DNA of 64,000 bases from Phycisphaerales bacterium (GCA_027451365.1 DAIDJN010000034.1:34268-98267), one strand, 5' to 3'; positions 11,149 to 21,624 are shown, numbered from the stretch's first letter. Notes: a model not told the origin generated them from the letters alone. Numbers and translations are program-made.

Positions 11149-13029
11149 TCAAGAAAAGCGGCGGCGGAACACAAACACGGAAATTCCAGCCAGAAATGCG
11201 GCGGCGGCAGGCTCGGGCACAGTCTGAATCGCTCCAATGCTGTCACCCGTAATGGGGCGGATATTGCCATATATATCGTACATGACATATTGCGATGTCG
11301 ATGGGTCAAATGCGTAAGCCGCCACAGAACCGGGCAGAAGTGAATAATTCCCGGAGGATGTATCTGAAAAGTCGGGCTGGCCGGAAAGATTGCCAGTGGT
11401 AATAGAAGTCGGGACCGAAGTCGCAACTGGCCCGCTTAGCCCAGGCTGCCAATAGACAATCTCTAATTTACCCGTTCCGCCGCTTGACGAAAAAAGGTTG
11501 GAAAGGGCCTGAACGTTCGGCGTCGCTGTGCCATTGCCCTCCACGAAGAAGAGCGTGCCAGGTGCGCTCAAAACATTGCCGTAGATTTGTGTCCCCGTCG
11601 TGGCGCTACCCAGTCCTATCGCCGGGGCAAGCAAACCCGCTGCGGGGTCAACGACGACGGTGTTAAATCGGATTATATTCCCAGTTCCGTTATCCACGAT
11701 CGCCCCATTATTTCCAGCCTCCCAGTTCGGTGCAGCCCCGGTCACCAGATTGTTCTGGATAATGTTGCCCGATCCGTTGGCCTGAATTTGAGCGGAGGGC
11801 CCGGTAAGGGTAACACCATCCACTGTGGTGTTACCGTAGGTAACAACGCCGCCGTTCGTTATGTTGCCGCCCTGAACTGTAAGTTTGCCTGCGCCTGCGA
11901 CAATTCCCGATATGGCGGCCGCCATTCCATTTGCGGATATCTGCATATTCTTGACCAGCACGCTAGATATTGGCGTCGGGTCCGATGCACTGGGCACTGA
12001 ATGTGTATAAAACGCGGGATAGCTGCCATTCAGGTTTGTAGCAACGTCGTTAACCCACTGGGACGTATCATTCGACGAGTTAAAATCGGAATAAGCCACA
12101 TAAGCCGTCGCGCCTCCGTAACCCTGGTCCGGCATCAGGTAGCTCGCGTTAAGCCCTCTCCCGACAAATCCGGTTGTATCAATCGCAGCGAACGCGTGTT
12201 TGCCCGCACCCGAGACGCTCGAATTCAGCAATTGAACATTACTGCCGCCGAAAACCGAAATTCCGTAGCCACTGTTATACGCGGCGGACTCCCGAACCGA
12301 GAGGTTCTGAAGCACAAGATTGCTCTGGCCATTAGTAAAAACGACGCCCGAAGCGTATGGATTTGCGCCTCCCCCCACGACCGTCGCTGTCAACGCCCCA
12401 ATCGCCAAGCTACCGACGGCTTGGCCAGCGTTAACGTACAGGCCAGGTTCGGCTGAACCGGCATCGTAATACCATGACCCCGAATTCGATTCGACATAAG
12501 AGACGGGATCCGTCGCACCGGCGTCGAGGGCGGCGCTTTTAAGAAAATCGTGATTCAGGAAAACAGCGGTGGCCGGCGCGCCCGCAGCGGCAGCTTTGGA
12601 ATAGGTTGACCAAGTCGCCTGTAATGCGGCTGATGAAATAAAATAGGTACCGCTCGCACCGCCCACGCCCTGAAAACTCGAACTGCCCAGCGGAATGCTG
12701 CCCCAGATCGTGGGATCCGCCCCGGAACCGTAGTTACTGAACGTGATCGGTGCCGAAACAGTTCCCGAGGAATTAATGACCAATTGCTGCCCATACCAGT
12801 TGCTACCGTCGGCCAACAGAACGGAATCCCCAGGCTGAAATGCCGAGGAGTCTACCTTCGTAAGGCTCTGCCAGGCCGCATTCGGCGCGGTGCCGCTATT
12901 AGAATCGTTGCCCGCAGCTGAATTGACATAATAGGTCGTCGCCTGAACGGTCGCTGTTGTTAGCGCCATCGCTATGCCCGAAAGGGCAGCTCGAATTAAT
13001 TTCCCCTTTTTCGGGTTATAAGCCTTCAT
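11149..13029 (-). CDS. Secreted beta-helix PEP-CTERM protein
   Basis: Signal peptide, TTYYVNS.GND.NSG..P..AWQSL motif, C-terminal VPEP + TM + RRR. Confidence 0.88.
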   Translation of the reverse strand: MKAYNPKKGKLIRAALSGIAMALTTATVQATTYYVNSAAGNDSNSGTAPNAAWQSLTKVDSSAFQPGDSVLLADGSNWYGQQLVINSSGTVSAPITFSNYGSGADPTIWGSIPLGSSSFQGVGGASGTYFISSAALQATWSTYSKAAAAGAPATAVFLNHDFLKSAALDAGATDPVSYVESNSGSWYYDAGSAEPGLYVNAGQAVGSLAIGALTATVVGGGANPYASGVVFTNGQSNLVLQNLSVRESAAYNSGYGISVFGGSNVQLLNSSVSGAGKHAFAAIDTTGFVGRGLNASYLMPDQGYGGATAYVAYSDFNSSNDTSQWVNDVATNLNGSYPAFYTHSVPSASDPTPISSVLVKNMQISANGMAAAISGIVAGAGKLTVQGGNITNGGVVTYGNTTVDGVTLTGPSAQIQANGSGNIIQNNLVTGAAPNWEAGNNGAIVDNGTGNIIRFNTVVVDPAAGLLAPAIGLGSATTGTQIYGNVLSAPGTLFFVEGNGTATPNVQALSNLFSSSGGTGKLEIVYWQPGLSGPVATSVPTSITTGNLSGQPDFSDTSSGNYSLLPGSVAAYAFDPSTSQYVMYDIYGNIRPITGDSIGAIQTVPEPAAAAFLAGISVFVFRRRFS

Positions 13030-13107
13030 ATATTTCCCTCAAAATGCTAAATTATTTCAATCGCAAGTGCCCGGATACCGACCGATTCGGTCGTGACGAA
13101 CCGCACC

Positions 13108-13136
13108 ATTTTGAGCGAGACCGTCGATGATGTCAA
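13108..13136 (-). promoter_or_regulatory. Putative sigma70 promoter for the PEP-CTERM gene
   Basis: Minus strand TTGACA-17 nt-CAAAAT, about 80 bp upstream of ATG 13029. Confidence 0.5.
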
Positions 13137-13501
13137 CTAAAATCCGCCACTAATTTATAGGCCCGTACAGAACCTAAATAAAACCGGACAGAAAATGCTC
13201 GAACGGTGAGGCAATCGTCCGCAATTTTCGAAGCCGCACAGCTTTTCCTACAATGCCCGCGTCGCGGCTGGAACCGTCCACTACAGCCCCCGGAGACAGC
13301 CTGCGTTTTTCCTGCGATGGGAGAAGCGCAGGCCAGCCGCGAACCTATAAGATAAACCGCCGGAGCATCTGGCGGGGCAGGCTTTGTAGGCGGTCGTTGC
13401 GCAATGGTTGGGAACGAGGGCCGCTGGCCTCGGCCGGGGCCGCAAGGGATCAAAATATTGCCCGACCATCCGTTTCGCAATCGCGAACACAGTGTGCCAT
13501 T

Positions 13502-14653
13502 TTAGTATGAGAACGTAACTGACTGGTATAACGCTTCCAGCCGTTCCGCAGCGGCCTCCCAGGTAAATTGGCTAGAAACCAACTGCCTGCCGTTAGCCCC
13601 CATCCTCAGGCGTTCAGCGCGATCGCCTATAAGCCGCGACACAGCCGCAACAAACGAATCCATATTCCCGTCTTCAATGATCACTCCGCCATCACATTGC
13701 TCCACCTCGTCAAAATTGCACTCACGCGTAATTACGACGGGTAACCCCGCACCCATCGCCTCAGTTATTGCCATAGAGAATCCCTCCTGAAACGAGGGCA
13801 GAACGAAAATATCCGAATCCACCAGGGCCTGCCATTTCGCGATCCCAGAAACCTGCCCGACCAGAAAGACTGAGTTCTGCAGCCCGAGTTCCCTTACCAG
13901 CCCACCAACCTGCTCCAAATAGCCGGGCTCACCAGTCCCGGCGATCACCAGCGCGGCGGTCGGATGCAGGCCAAGCAGCTTTGGCCAAGAGGCCAAGAGG
14001 CGTTCCAAGCCTTTTTTGGGATGCAGTCGACTCATGAAGAACACAATTGGTCGCCCCGGATCGCCGAGCAATTCCGCATTCTGCGCACGCCAGGCACCGC
14101 GATCCGGCAGACTCTCCAGCATCGCCCTAGGCACGCCATTTCCGATGATCACGTTTCGGGTTTTTTTTAATAACGGAGAGCAGCGAACTTCGGCATTATT
14201 AAGACAATGCACGGCCGCCGCGCCGCGCAACATTGCGGAATCCCACAGAAACCAGGCCAAATCCTTGGCCCACCGCCTCCCCATCTTCAGACTCGCGGCG
14301 TCTAACATTCCGTGGGGTGCGACGCAATAAGGAACCCGCCGCCTTTTGGCCACCGCCGCCGCGTAATGGCCGGGGTGCTGCCAGACCCCGTGGATGTGGA
14401 CAACATTAAATTGTCGAATGTTGTGCACCAAATAGCCACGCAGCGAGCGACTGGGCAGAAGCGATGACTCGCGGTCCGGCAGGAATCTCGACACGTTGAC
14501 GCCGCTCGGCGATAACAGCGTCCCGCCTCGGTCCAGACAGCAAACCGAGATTTCATGGCCGCGAGAGGCCAGCGACTCCGTCATACCACAAACCGCGGTC
14601 GCCACACCTCCGCTCTCAAGCCGCATATCAGAAATTACGTGAAGTATCTTCAA
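13502..14653 (-). CDS. GT4 family glycosyltransferase
   Basis: MKILHVI, SRLHPKKGL, EGFSMAITEAM. Confidence 0.92.
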   Translation of the reverse strand: MKILHVISDMRLESGGVATAVCGMTESLASRGHEISVCCLDRGGTLLSPSGVNVSRFLPDRESSLLPSRSLRGYLVHNIRQFNVVHIHGVWQHPGHYAAAVAKRRRVPYCVAPHGMLDAASLKMGRRWAKDLAWFLWDSAMLRGAAAVHCLNNAEVRCSPLLKKTRNVIIGNGVPRAMLESLPDRGAWRAQNAELLGDPGRPIVFFMSRLHPKKGLERLLASWPKLLGLHPTAALVIAGTGEPGYLEQVGGLVRELGLQNSVFLVGQVSGIAKWQALVDSDIFVLPSFQEGFSMAITEAMGAGLPVVITRECNFDEVEQCDGGVIIEDGNMDSFVAAVSRLIGDRAERLRMGANGRQLVSSQFTWEAAAERLEALYQSVTFSY

Positions 14654-14983
14654 ATGATTGTCTCCTCAACGCGCCCTGAAAACCGTGACTGTCGACCTCG
14701 CAAGCCCGCTGGCTACCCCCCCCAACGTTTGCAGGAAGAATATTGCCACGCCCCAATATTAACAAGCGCCACCGCGCCATTTTCAGTTTCCGCCAGTCGA
14801 TATTGGAAGCCGGGATCCAAGCTCTCAATCGATTAAAGCGGCAAAGGCCTCCTAAGTGGCCCAGCTCGCCCCGATCCGTGGCCAGCCCTGACCGGTCGTC
14901 TAAGCCAATTCGCCAACCGACCGTTTGCTAACCTGTCGGATTTAAATTAGATTAAGCTGTCGGAGACGACCGGAGCGAATCGA

Positions 14984-16222
14984 ATGCACCTGAGCCTAAC
15001 CGAACCCCGATCTGTCGACGCAGAGAACCTTGCCCCGCAAATTATTTGGATACAAAATTCAGTCGAGCATTATTTCTGCGCGATGATTGACCTTATCAAC
15101 CGCCAAATGTCCGAAATACGATTCCATGCCGTTTTCCTATGCGAGCGGCCCGCCAACCCAACCGCGGAAAACCTGCCAAAGGAATCGACGTACACCTTTA
15201 TGCCCGCAAATCTACAACGAGGGCCCATTGAAAAGGGGCCAATCGGTAAAATTCCTTTCACCGCCGCGATCATCGGGGGCTACAATACACGTTTCAAACT
15301 ACGATTCGTCGGATATTGCAACAAGAAAGGTCGACCGGCTATCCTTTTCGCCGACAGCAACATCCGCTCCGACCGAGGTAAATCGATAGTAAAGAAACTC
15401 AAACGCGGTGCAAAAAAGGCGTTTCTATCGCGCCTTCAACCGAAGCTCGCCACGGTCATCACGTGCAATCGGTACGGCGCGGCATATTGGAGGTATTACG
15501 GCGCAAACAGGGACCGGATATGCCGCAGCACCTATTTTTGCGATATAGAGAAAATCTCCACGGCGGTAAAATCAAACGGGAACGAATTGCGTCTCCGTTA
15601 TGGAATTTCACCAACTGGCCGACTCATATTTACCGCCGCCCGGCTCGTCCCCGTTAAGGCATTAAATCTCATGATTCGGGCGTTCGCAAGCCTCCGACTT
15701 GGCGAGACAGGTTGGATTTGGGCCGTCGCCGGCACCGGCCCTTTGCGCGATGAACTCACCCGCCAAGCCCGCAAATCAGCCGGTGATGCCATTAAATTTC
15801 TTGGATTTGTGCCGCCTGATGACGTCAAGGCGATCGCCGCCAATAGCGAATTATTTGTATTGCCATCCACCTACGAGCCGCACGGCATTGTCGTCTCGGA
15901 GGCAATGGCCGTTGGAACGCCGGTGATAGCCTCGGACGTATGCGGTGCCGCGGGCGACCTTGTGGTGCCCGGAAAAACCGGTTGGATATTCAAAAGCGGC
16001 TCAACTGAAAGCCTCGGCGATGCACTCGCCACCGCGACATCCTCGCGCGATCGTTTGCGAGCGATGCGTCCAGACTGCCAGCAGCTTTTCGCCCACTGGT
16101 ACGACCTTTATTGCCCCGAGCGGCGGATACCGGAGGCCCTCGCCAAGGCGCTCCGGCACGAAGCGACTAGGGCTGGCTCGTCCGGTCCACCGCGAGCGCA
16201 GGGCGGTCCTCCGGTGTTATAG
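14984..16222 (+). CDS. GT4 family glycosyltransferase
   Basis: ARLVPVKAL, LPSTYEPHGIVVSEAM. Confidence 0.9.
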   Translation: MHLSLTEPRSVDAENLAPQIIWIQNSVEHYFCAMIDLINRQMSEIRFHAVFLCERPANPTAENLPKESTYTFMPANLQRGPIEKGPIGKIPFTAAIIGGYNTRFKLRFVGYCNKKGRPAILFADSNIRSDRGKSIVKKLKRGAKKAFLSRLQPKLATVITCNRYGAAYWRYYGANRDRICRSTYFCDIEKISTAVKSNGNELRLRYGISPTGRLIFTAARLVPVKALNLMIRAFASLRLGETGWIWAVAGTGPLRDELTRQARKSAGDAIKFLGFVPPDDVKAIAANSELFVLPSTYEPHGIVVSEAMAVGTPVIASDVCGAAGDLVVPGKTGWIFKSGSTESLGDALATATSSRDRLRAMRPDCQQLFAHWYDLYCPERRIPEALAKALRHEATRAGSSGPPRAQGGPPVL

Positions 16223-16327
16223 CCGGGAAAACAGCGCGCCCCTGGTTTAGGTATGCGGACAGCGAGGTTTACCGAAACGTCGACCGCCGGTTAGAATTGC
16301 AAACGGATTAAAGAAAGGCACATTATA

Positions 16328-17347
16328 ATGGAAGCCAGCAGCGAAAAGCGTACGACGGCTGGACAACGGCGGGTCGTCGCGGTGGTCGGGGCACCGCGCA
16401 GCGGCACAAGCGCGATGGCACACGCGCTGGAATGCCTCGGCGTGGACATGGGGGACCCGCGGCTACACCGTCCAGCGGACAAAGAAAACGAGAGGGGGTT
16501 CTGGGAAGATCAACGCATAATCGACCTATGCTCTAGGCTATTAGCTAGCCAAGGACTCAATTGGAATAGCCTGAGACTCGTCTCCGCATCGGACTGGCTC
16601 GCCCCGGGAACATCGGCTCTTTTATCCCAGGTGACCGAACTCGTGACAGAATGCGTTTCTCACGCGCGCGGAGGCATCTGGGGATGCAAGAACCCACAAA
16701 TGTCACGAACAATTGCCGTCTGGGCAGAGGCCTTTCGCCGAGCGGATTGCCGAGCCTCCTATGTCGTGGCGATCCGCAACCCATTGAGCTTCGCAGCCTC
16801 GGTTACACGCGGCAGCCCACATTTTGGTACTGGCGAGGCACCCACCCACCTGTATCTGACCTGGCTGGTCTACACGCTTGGATCGCTCGAACCGGCTATT
16901 GGCGGCGACAGGGCGGTATTGGTGGATTACGACAACCTGGTGGCGAACCCGCGTTCGCAATTAGCTAGAATATCCCGCGATCTGGACCTGCCTATCACCT
17001 CTGCTAACGCCCTAGCCGTCAATACCTTCTGCGCCGATTTCATGGAAAAAGGCCTCCGGCACGCATCCTTCAAGAAAGACGACCTTTATTCTGATGCGAA
17101 AGTCCCGACAATTGTAGAGGCCGCCTATCGATTACTCTCGTCAGCGGCCGCAGATAATCCATCGCTATTCAGCGATGAGTTTCGCGACCAATGGAACGAA
17201 ATAGCGGCGACGGCTAGGGCGAGCAATGCGACCTTCAGCCTCATTGATCAAATGGAGGGGCAGTTGCTTAGGTCACGTGCACTTGGACGATTCATTTACC
17301 GCAATTCTCCGCAACTGTTGCGACGGTGGCTGGCCCGGTTCGCATAG
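16328..17347 (+). CDS. PAPS-dependent sulfotransferase family protein
   Basis: VGAPRSGTS (5'-PSB loop), NERGFWED, IRNPLSFAAS (3'-PB), VDYDNLVANP. Confidence 0.82.
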   Translation: MEASSEKRTTAGQRRVVAVVGAPRSGTSAMAHALECLGVDMGDPRLHRPADKENERGFWEDQRIIDLCSRLLASQGLNWNSLRLVSASDWLAPGTSALLSQVTELVTECVSHARGGIWGCKNPQMSRTIAVWAEAFRRADCRASYVVAIRNPLSFAASVTRGSPHFGTGEAPTHLYLTWLVYTLGSLEPAIGGDRAVLVDYDNLVANPRSQLARISRDLDLPITSANALAVNTFCADFMEKGLRHASFKKDDLYSDAKVPTIVEAAYRLLSSAAADNPSLFSDEFRDQWNEIAATARASNATFSLIDQMEGQLLRSRALGRFIYRNSPQLLRRWLARFA

Positions 17348-17411
17348 GGGCGGAAAAGGTGTAATCCAATGAAGACAAATGGCATAAAAGGGCAACAGGA
17401 GGCCCCGCATT

Positions 17412-18323
17412 ATGGTGAATTCCGCCGAGTTGACCATCGTTATCCCGGCCTATCGATGCGCCCGCTATCTCCCGGCAACCGTCCGCAGCGCCCTTGAATG
17501 CGCCGGCACCGAAATACTGATTGCGGAGGACGCCAGCGGCGACGGAACGGTGCAGGTTGCTCGCCAGATAAACCGCCAATTTCCGGACCGCGTCAGACTC
17601 ATTGAAAACACCAGAAATCTAGGAATGACGGCAAATTGGCGAAATGCTTTCGAGCAGGTCCGGACGCCTTGGGCATTAAAACTTGACGGCGACGACCTTA
17701 TCAATCCGGCCTACCTCGCCGCCGCACTTTCGATCATAAGGACACAGTCGAATTTTATGGTAATAGCGGGCGGCTTAGAGGAAATAGGCCCTGACGCCTA
17801 CCTGGCAGAACCTCCTCCGTCCCATTCAATTAATCCGGAATCGTTCAAATCGTACGCGGGAATCGACGCACTACGCGTCTGTATGGCTTGGACGCCCGTA
17901 CCGTGCTCATCAAGCATGATCTTTAACATGGACATTTATCAGCGCGTAGGAGGATTCGCCTCCGCCCTGAGCTGGTGCCCAGACAGAGAAATATGGTTCC
18001 GATTGGCCCGCCACGGCCCAATAGTGATTTGCGAAGGGCTAGCAGCCTTTTATCGAGTACTACCTGAAAGCATTACCGCGATTACAAAGCGGGCCGACCG
18101 GCAATGTTTCGAGCACAGTCAAATGTTCCGCCTAGCCGAGCGATTCTGGCCTGAGCCAGCGGCCCGCAAACTCTTCCGCCGCGTCTTCTTCCGATCCAGT
18201 GGATCGTTTGTGAAATCCGCTTGGCGAGCGCTCCTGCGAGCACGCGCCCAGGAAATACCCGACCGGCTTGGCAGCGGTGCCCGTGACCTTTTCCGAGCAG
18301 TCCGCAGTTTTTGCCGACAATAG
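17412..18323 (+). CDS. GT2 family glycosyltransferase
   Basis: IVIPAY, EDASGDGT, NLGMTANW, LDGDD. Confidence 0.9.
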   Translation: MVNSAELTIVIPAYRCARYLPATVRSALECAGTEILIAEDASGDGTVQVARQINRQFPDRVRLIENTRNLGMTANWRNAFEQVRTPWALKLDGDDLINPAYLAAALSIIRTQSNFMVIAGGLEEIGPDAYLAEPPPSHSINPESFKSYAGIDALRVCMAWTPVPCSSSMIFNMDIYQRVGGFASALSWCPDREIWFRLARHGPIVICEGLAAFYRVLPESITAITKRADRQCFEHSQMFRLAERFWPEPAARKLFRRVFFRSSGSFVKSAWRALLRARAQEIPDRLGSGARDLFRAVRSFCRQ

Positions 18324-18449
18324 TTGAGCGAATCCAGATTGGCTCTGCGAACACACCGCCCTAGACGTCACAATGGGGAGAGCCAAGATTTGATCGTTGA
18401 CGACGTTCCAACACTTTCCAATAGGCCGTCTAAAAAAATAAACAAATAT

Positions 18450-18477
18450 TTGACAAGACGGTAGAAATGTTTATAGT
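18450..18477 (+). promoter_or_regulatory. Putative sigma70 promoter with AT-rich UP element
   Basis: TTGACA (18450-18455)-16 nt-TATAGT (18472-18477), preceded by TAAAAAAATAAACAAATA. Confidence 0.55.
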
Positions 18478-18886
18478 TTGGTGTATCAATTCGGCGCCCT
18501 ACCGTTGACGGATGGAGGTGCCGACCGCTCAAGGAAGTGGGCGATGGCGAGAGGGAAGGATTCCCAAATCACAGCCAGAAACAATTGCAGATGGCGTCTC
18601 GGCCTGGCGCAGATCCGACTATGTCTCGCGCGACCGAAAAGGGCATCGCCCGGCGCATCTCTGAGGCTCATTAAAATCGCATCTGGAGGATGCCCAAGGC
18701 CTGCGCGACTTGGCGTTAGAAGAAATATGCGTTGGGCCGCAGGCAGTCTTTTAAGAATTTATAGTGTATGCGATTCGACCGTTATTTAATTGAGGCGGCT
18801 TGATCGTCAACTGAAATCCTTCGCTTTTTTTCGCGCGTCCGACTGGATGCGGAAGGCGGTTTTGTCTGAACGGAAGGAGTGCCCCA

Positions 18887-19768
18887 ATGAAACGCTTAAC
18901 ATTCCTGTGCCTTGTCGCTGCATCCGCCTCACCCTTCTTGGAAATGTCACCACCAGCGCGTGCCCAGAGCTCGATCGTATGGAGTTCGCCCGAGGCCATC
19001 ACAAGCGCGGATTCGACCCTTACGCAGAAGGGCACCATCCAAAGCGCGACGGGATGGGGCTACACCTCCGCCAATATTGTGACGCTCTCAAACGGGACGA
19101 CAATAAACTTTCTGCCCGGGACAATTAACAGCGCGGGCAACCCAGCGCCATCAGGGGCGGCGGATACCAGCGGTGATGGCGCCGCGTCCCCCGCCAATTT
19201 CAATCCCTCAAGTGGGAATTTGACCTTCGACAAAGTCCTAAACGGGTTCGTATATGATGGCGGCCCGCACACAATAACGCTTTTCGGATTGACCACGGGC
19301 GTCCAATACAGTGTGCAGCTATTCGCACTGGACGACCGGGGTACTGAAAATGGGTCGGGCGCAATCTTACAAAGAATCGCGGATTTCCAAGCCCCCGGCA
19401 GTGCGAGCGACGCCTCGTATTTCGTACCGATGGCTGCCAACGATTATGTTATTGGCACATTCACGGCCAATGGCCAAACTCAGGAAATCATTGAGAATTT
19501 CTTCAATTCACCATACTACAATCCAAATTCGATCGCCTGGATGCAGGACATGACCGCCGCAACCCTCGGCAATATCAACGCCCTGGTGGTCCGCCAGCTC
19601 ACTCCGAACCCGCCCATTCCCGCCCAATCTGCCGTTCCCCTCCCCTCATCATTTTGCCTGGCCCTAATCGGCACATTTGTGCTATTCTTGAATCGCCGGG
19701 CAAAAACCAGGAAAGTCAAAGTAATGGCCGGTCCTGCTGATTCCCGATTGGCAGCCGTCAGCGCGTAA
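18887..19768 (+). CDS. Secreted protein with VPLP-type PEP-CTERM variant sorting signal
   Basis: AAGGAG RBS, signal peptide, C-terminal AVPLPSS + TM + RRAKTRK. Confidence 0.8.
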   Translation: MKRLTFLCLVAASASPFLEMSPPARAQSSIVWSSPEAITSADSTLTQKGTIQSATGWGYTSANIVTLSNGTTINFLPGTINSAGNPAPSGAADTSGDGAASPANFNPSSGNLTFDKVLNGFVYDGGPHTITLFGLTTGVQYSVQLFALDDRGTENGSGAILQRIADFQAPGSASDASYFVPMAANDYVIGTFTANGQTQEIIENFFNSPYYNPNSIAWMQDMTAATLGNINALVVRQLTPNPPIPAQSAVPLPSSFCLALIGTFVLFLNRRAKTRKVKVMAGPADSRLAAVSA

Positions 19769-20404
19769 TCTCAGGAATTGCTTTCGATAATACCCAAGAG
19801 TCTGGTAATCAATCCAGTTACCCCAAACGGCAAATACCTATGATTTATATGAACGACTATTAAGATTCGCGTCCGCCGGAACCGCAGTTCTTGCATTAAA
19901 AATCAACGAATCGTAATTTCGGTAATTGACAGGTAAATAACCCGTGAACCCAACCGCCCCCAAAGGTCGTTAAAAAGGGACGCCCCACATCCAAACGCCA
20001 GGCTTGGAGGCTTGATCATGGCGAGCCGGTACGTCACTAAGGCTGCAGACGGCCACCCAATCAAAGTGAAGCGCCGTCCCGGAACCCGGGAAACGGACCG
20101 AATATTCCGAAGCAAGATTGCTGAAATATTTTCGAAATGACCATCCTGAAAAACAAAGGAGATACAGCGCATCTCCCCCCAGCTAGGTGGCTCTTTAATT
20201 TTTTCACTTGCCACAATCCACGCCACCGGCAATCAGCAACGCTGCCGAGTTTGTCTAAACGGCCGCATTTCATAAGAATCCGGGAACATTCTAATGCTCT
20301 GTCACATCAGAATGTTAGGATTGGCAAGGAATCCCGACCTTTTCCGGTGTGTCTTTCGCGAGTCAGTCTCCCCAAAATTTAACGGTGACAGAGCACTATG
20401 CCCA

Positions 20405-21562
20405 TCAGTCAACTGCGGCCTTCAATTTCAGCATTTCCGCATAGAAATCTCGAAGTTTACCGACCGTTAAGCCGGGATCCAGCCTCTCCAAAACCCAGCG
20501 ACGGCCAAAAATTCCCAATTGTCGACGCCGCGGCTCGTCGGAAAGTACCCGTAGAATGGATTCGCCAATCGACCATGAAGTGGGGTCAGCAATGCAGCCC
20601 GCCCCGCTGGCCATTATCTCTTTATGGACCGCGACATCCGGAGTAAGAACGACCGGCGTCTCGCACGCAACTACTTCCACCGCGACCCTGTCGATCCCCT
20701 CAACGGCACCAGTCGCTACTAGAACGTCGGCTCGCCGGTAAAGCGAAAGCAGTGAAGCGCCCGCAATCGTCGGCAAGAAATGGACACTTCCCGCGTCTCC
20801 GCAGGAAGTCCTCAGGCCCTGAATTTTTTGGGCGAACCGCACGCTGTCATCGCCAACGAATATCATTTGAGCCCGGGGAAAACGCGACAGCACGGTCTCG
20901 AACGCCCCCACCAGAACCGCGTAGATCCCGCTGCCTACCTCGGCGGTGGCGAGGCTTAGGACCCACGGGCCATCCCTCCGAATTGCCGGAGCAAGCAACT
21001 CAGCAATTTCCAATTCCGGCAGCCTTTCATAGAAGCAAGGGCTAAGCGCAAATGGTTGAACAAACCCCGGAACTCTCGTTGAAAGAATTTGCCGACTGAC
21101 CTCAAATTCCATCTGACTGGCAAAATGAAATCCCGAAACCTGCCGCGCAGCCCGAAGGGCCAAACTACGTGAAACATATCTCAAAACCGACCGGGGCGGT
21201 CCCAGGAAACGGGAAATCAAATACCCGTGAGGCGAACAGACGACTGGCTTTCCAAGCCTCCGTGCTGAGGCAATCGCAGGAACACATGGAACTTGAGACA
21301 GACCATGAACATGAACAATATCCGCTAGCGCTACCAGATCATCCAGGTCCTCGCAGCGGGATCCTAGAAGGGCCTGCCCCTTGGTTAGACAGACCTCGCG
21401 GCCTCGCTCCGCAGCAAGCCCATTGGCCTGCTCGCCGCCAGCGAGCAGCCAGACAATGGAGCTCTCGAAGCCAGAGGTTCTCAACCAGAAGGTCAAATCG
21501 TTGACGCCGTAGGCTGTCAACCCGGCCGACCGATCACTGCGGGCGACATGAAGGATGTGCAT
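20405..21562 (-). CDS. GT4 family glycosyltransferase with divergent catalytic motifs
   Basis: MHILHVA, DIVHVHGL, SPHG; EGIDRVAVEV in place of EGFGxxxxEA. Confidence 0.75.
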   Translation of the reverse strand: MHILHVARSDRSAGLTAYGVNDLTFWLRTSGFESSIVWLLAGGEQANGLAAERGREVCLTKGQALLGSRCEDLDDLVALADIVHVHGLSQVPCVPAIASARRLGKPVVCSPHGYLISRFLGPPRSVLRYVSRSLALRAARQVSGFHFASQMEFEVSRQILSTRVPGFVQPFALSPCFYERLPELEIAELLAPAIRRDGPWVLSLATAEVGSGIYAVLVGAFETVLSRFPRAQMIFVGDDSVRFAQKIQGLRTSCGDAGSVHFLPTIAGASLLSLYRRADVLVATGAVEGIDRVAVEVVACETPVVLTPDVAVHKEIMASGAGCIADPTSWSIGESILRVLSDEPRRRQLGIFGRRWVLERLDPGLTVGKLRDFYAEMLKLKAAVD

Positions 21563-21624
21563 TTCGCGGTCACTCCAAAACGTATTGAGCGATAGTATAT
21601 CAGGTAAAAAAGCTAAAGCTGGAC

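Noticed and set aside
20219..20230. ops/JUMPstart-like element (minus strand GCCGGTGGCGTG)
   Set aside because: Two mismatches to GGCGGTAGCGTG and no downstream operon in that orientation.
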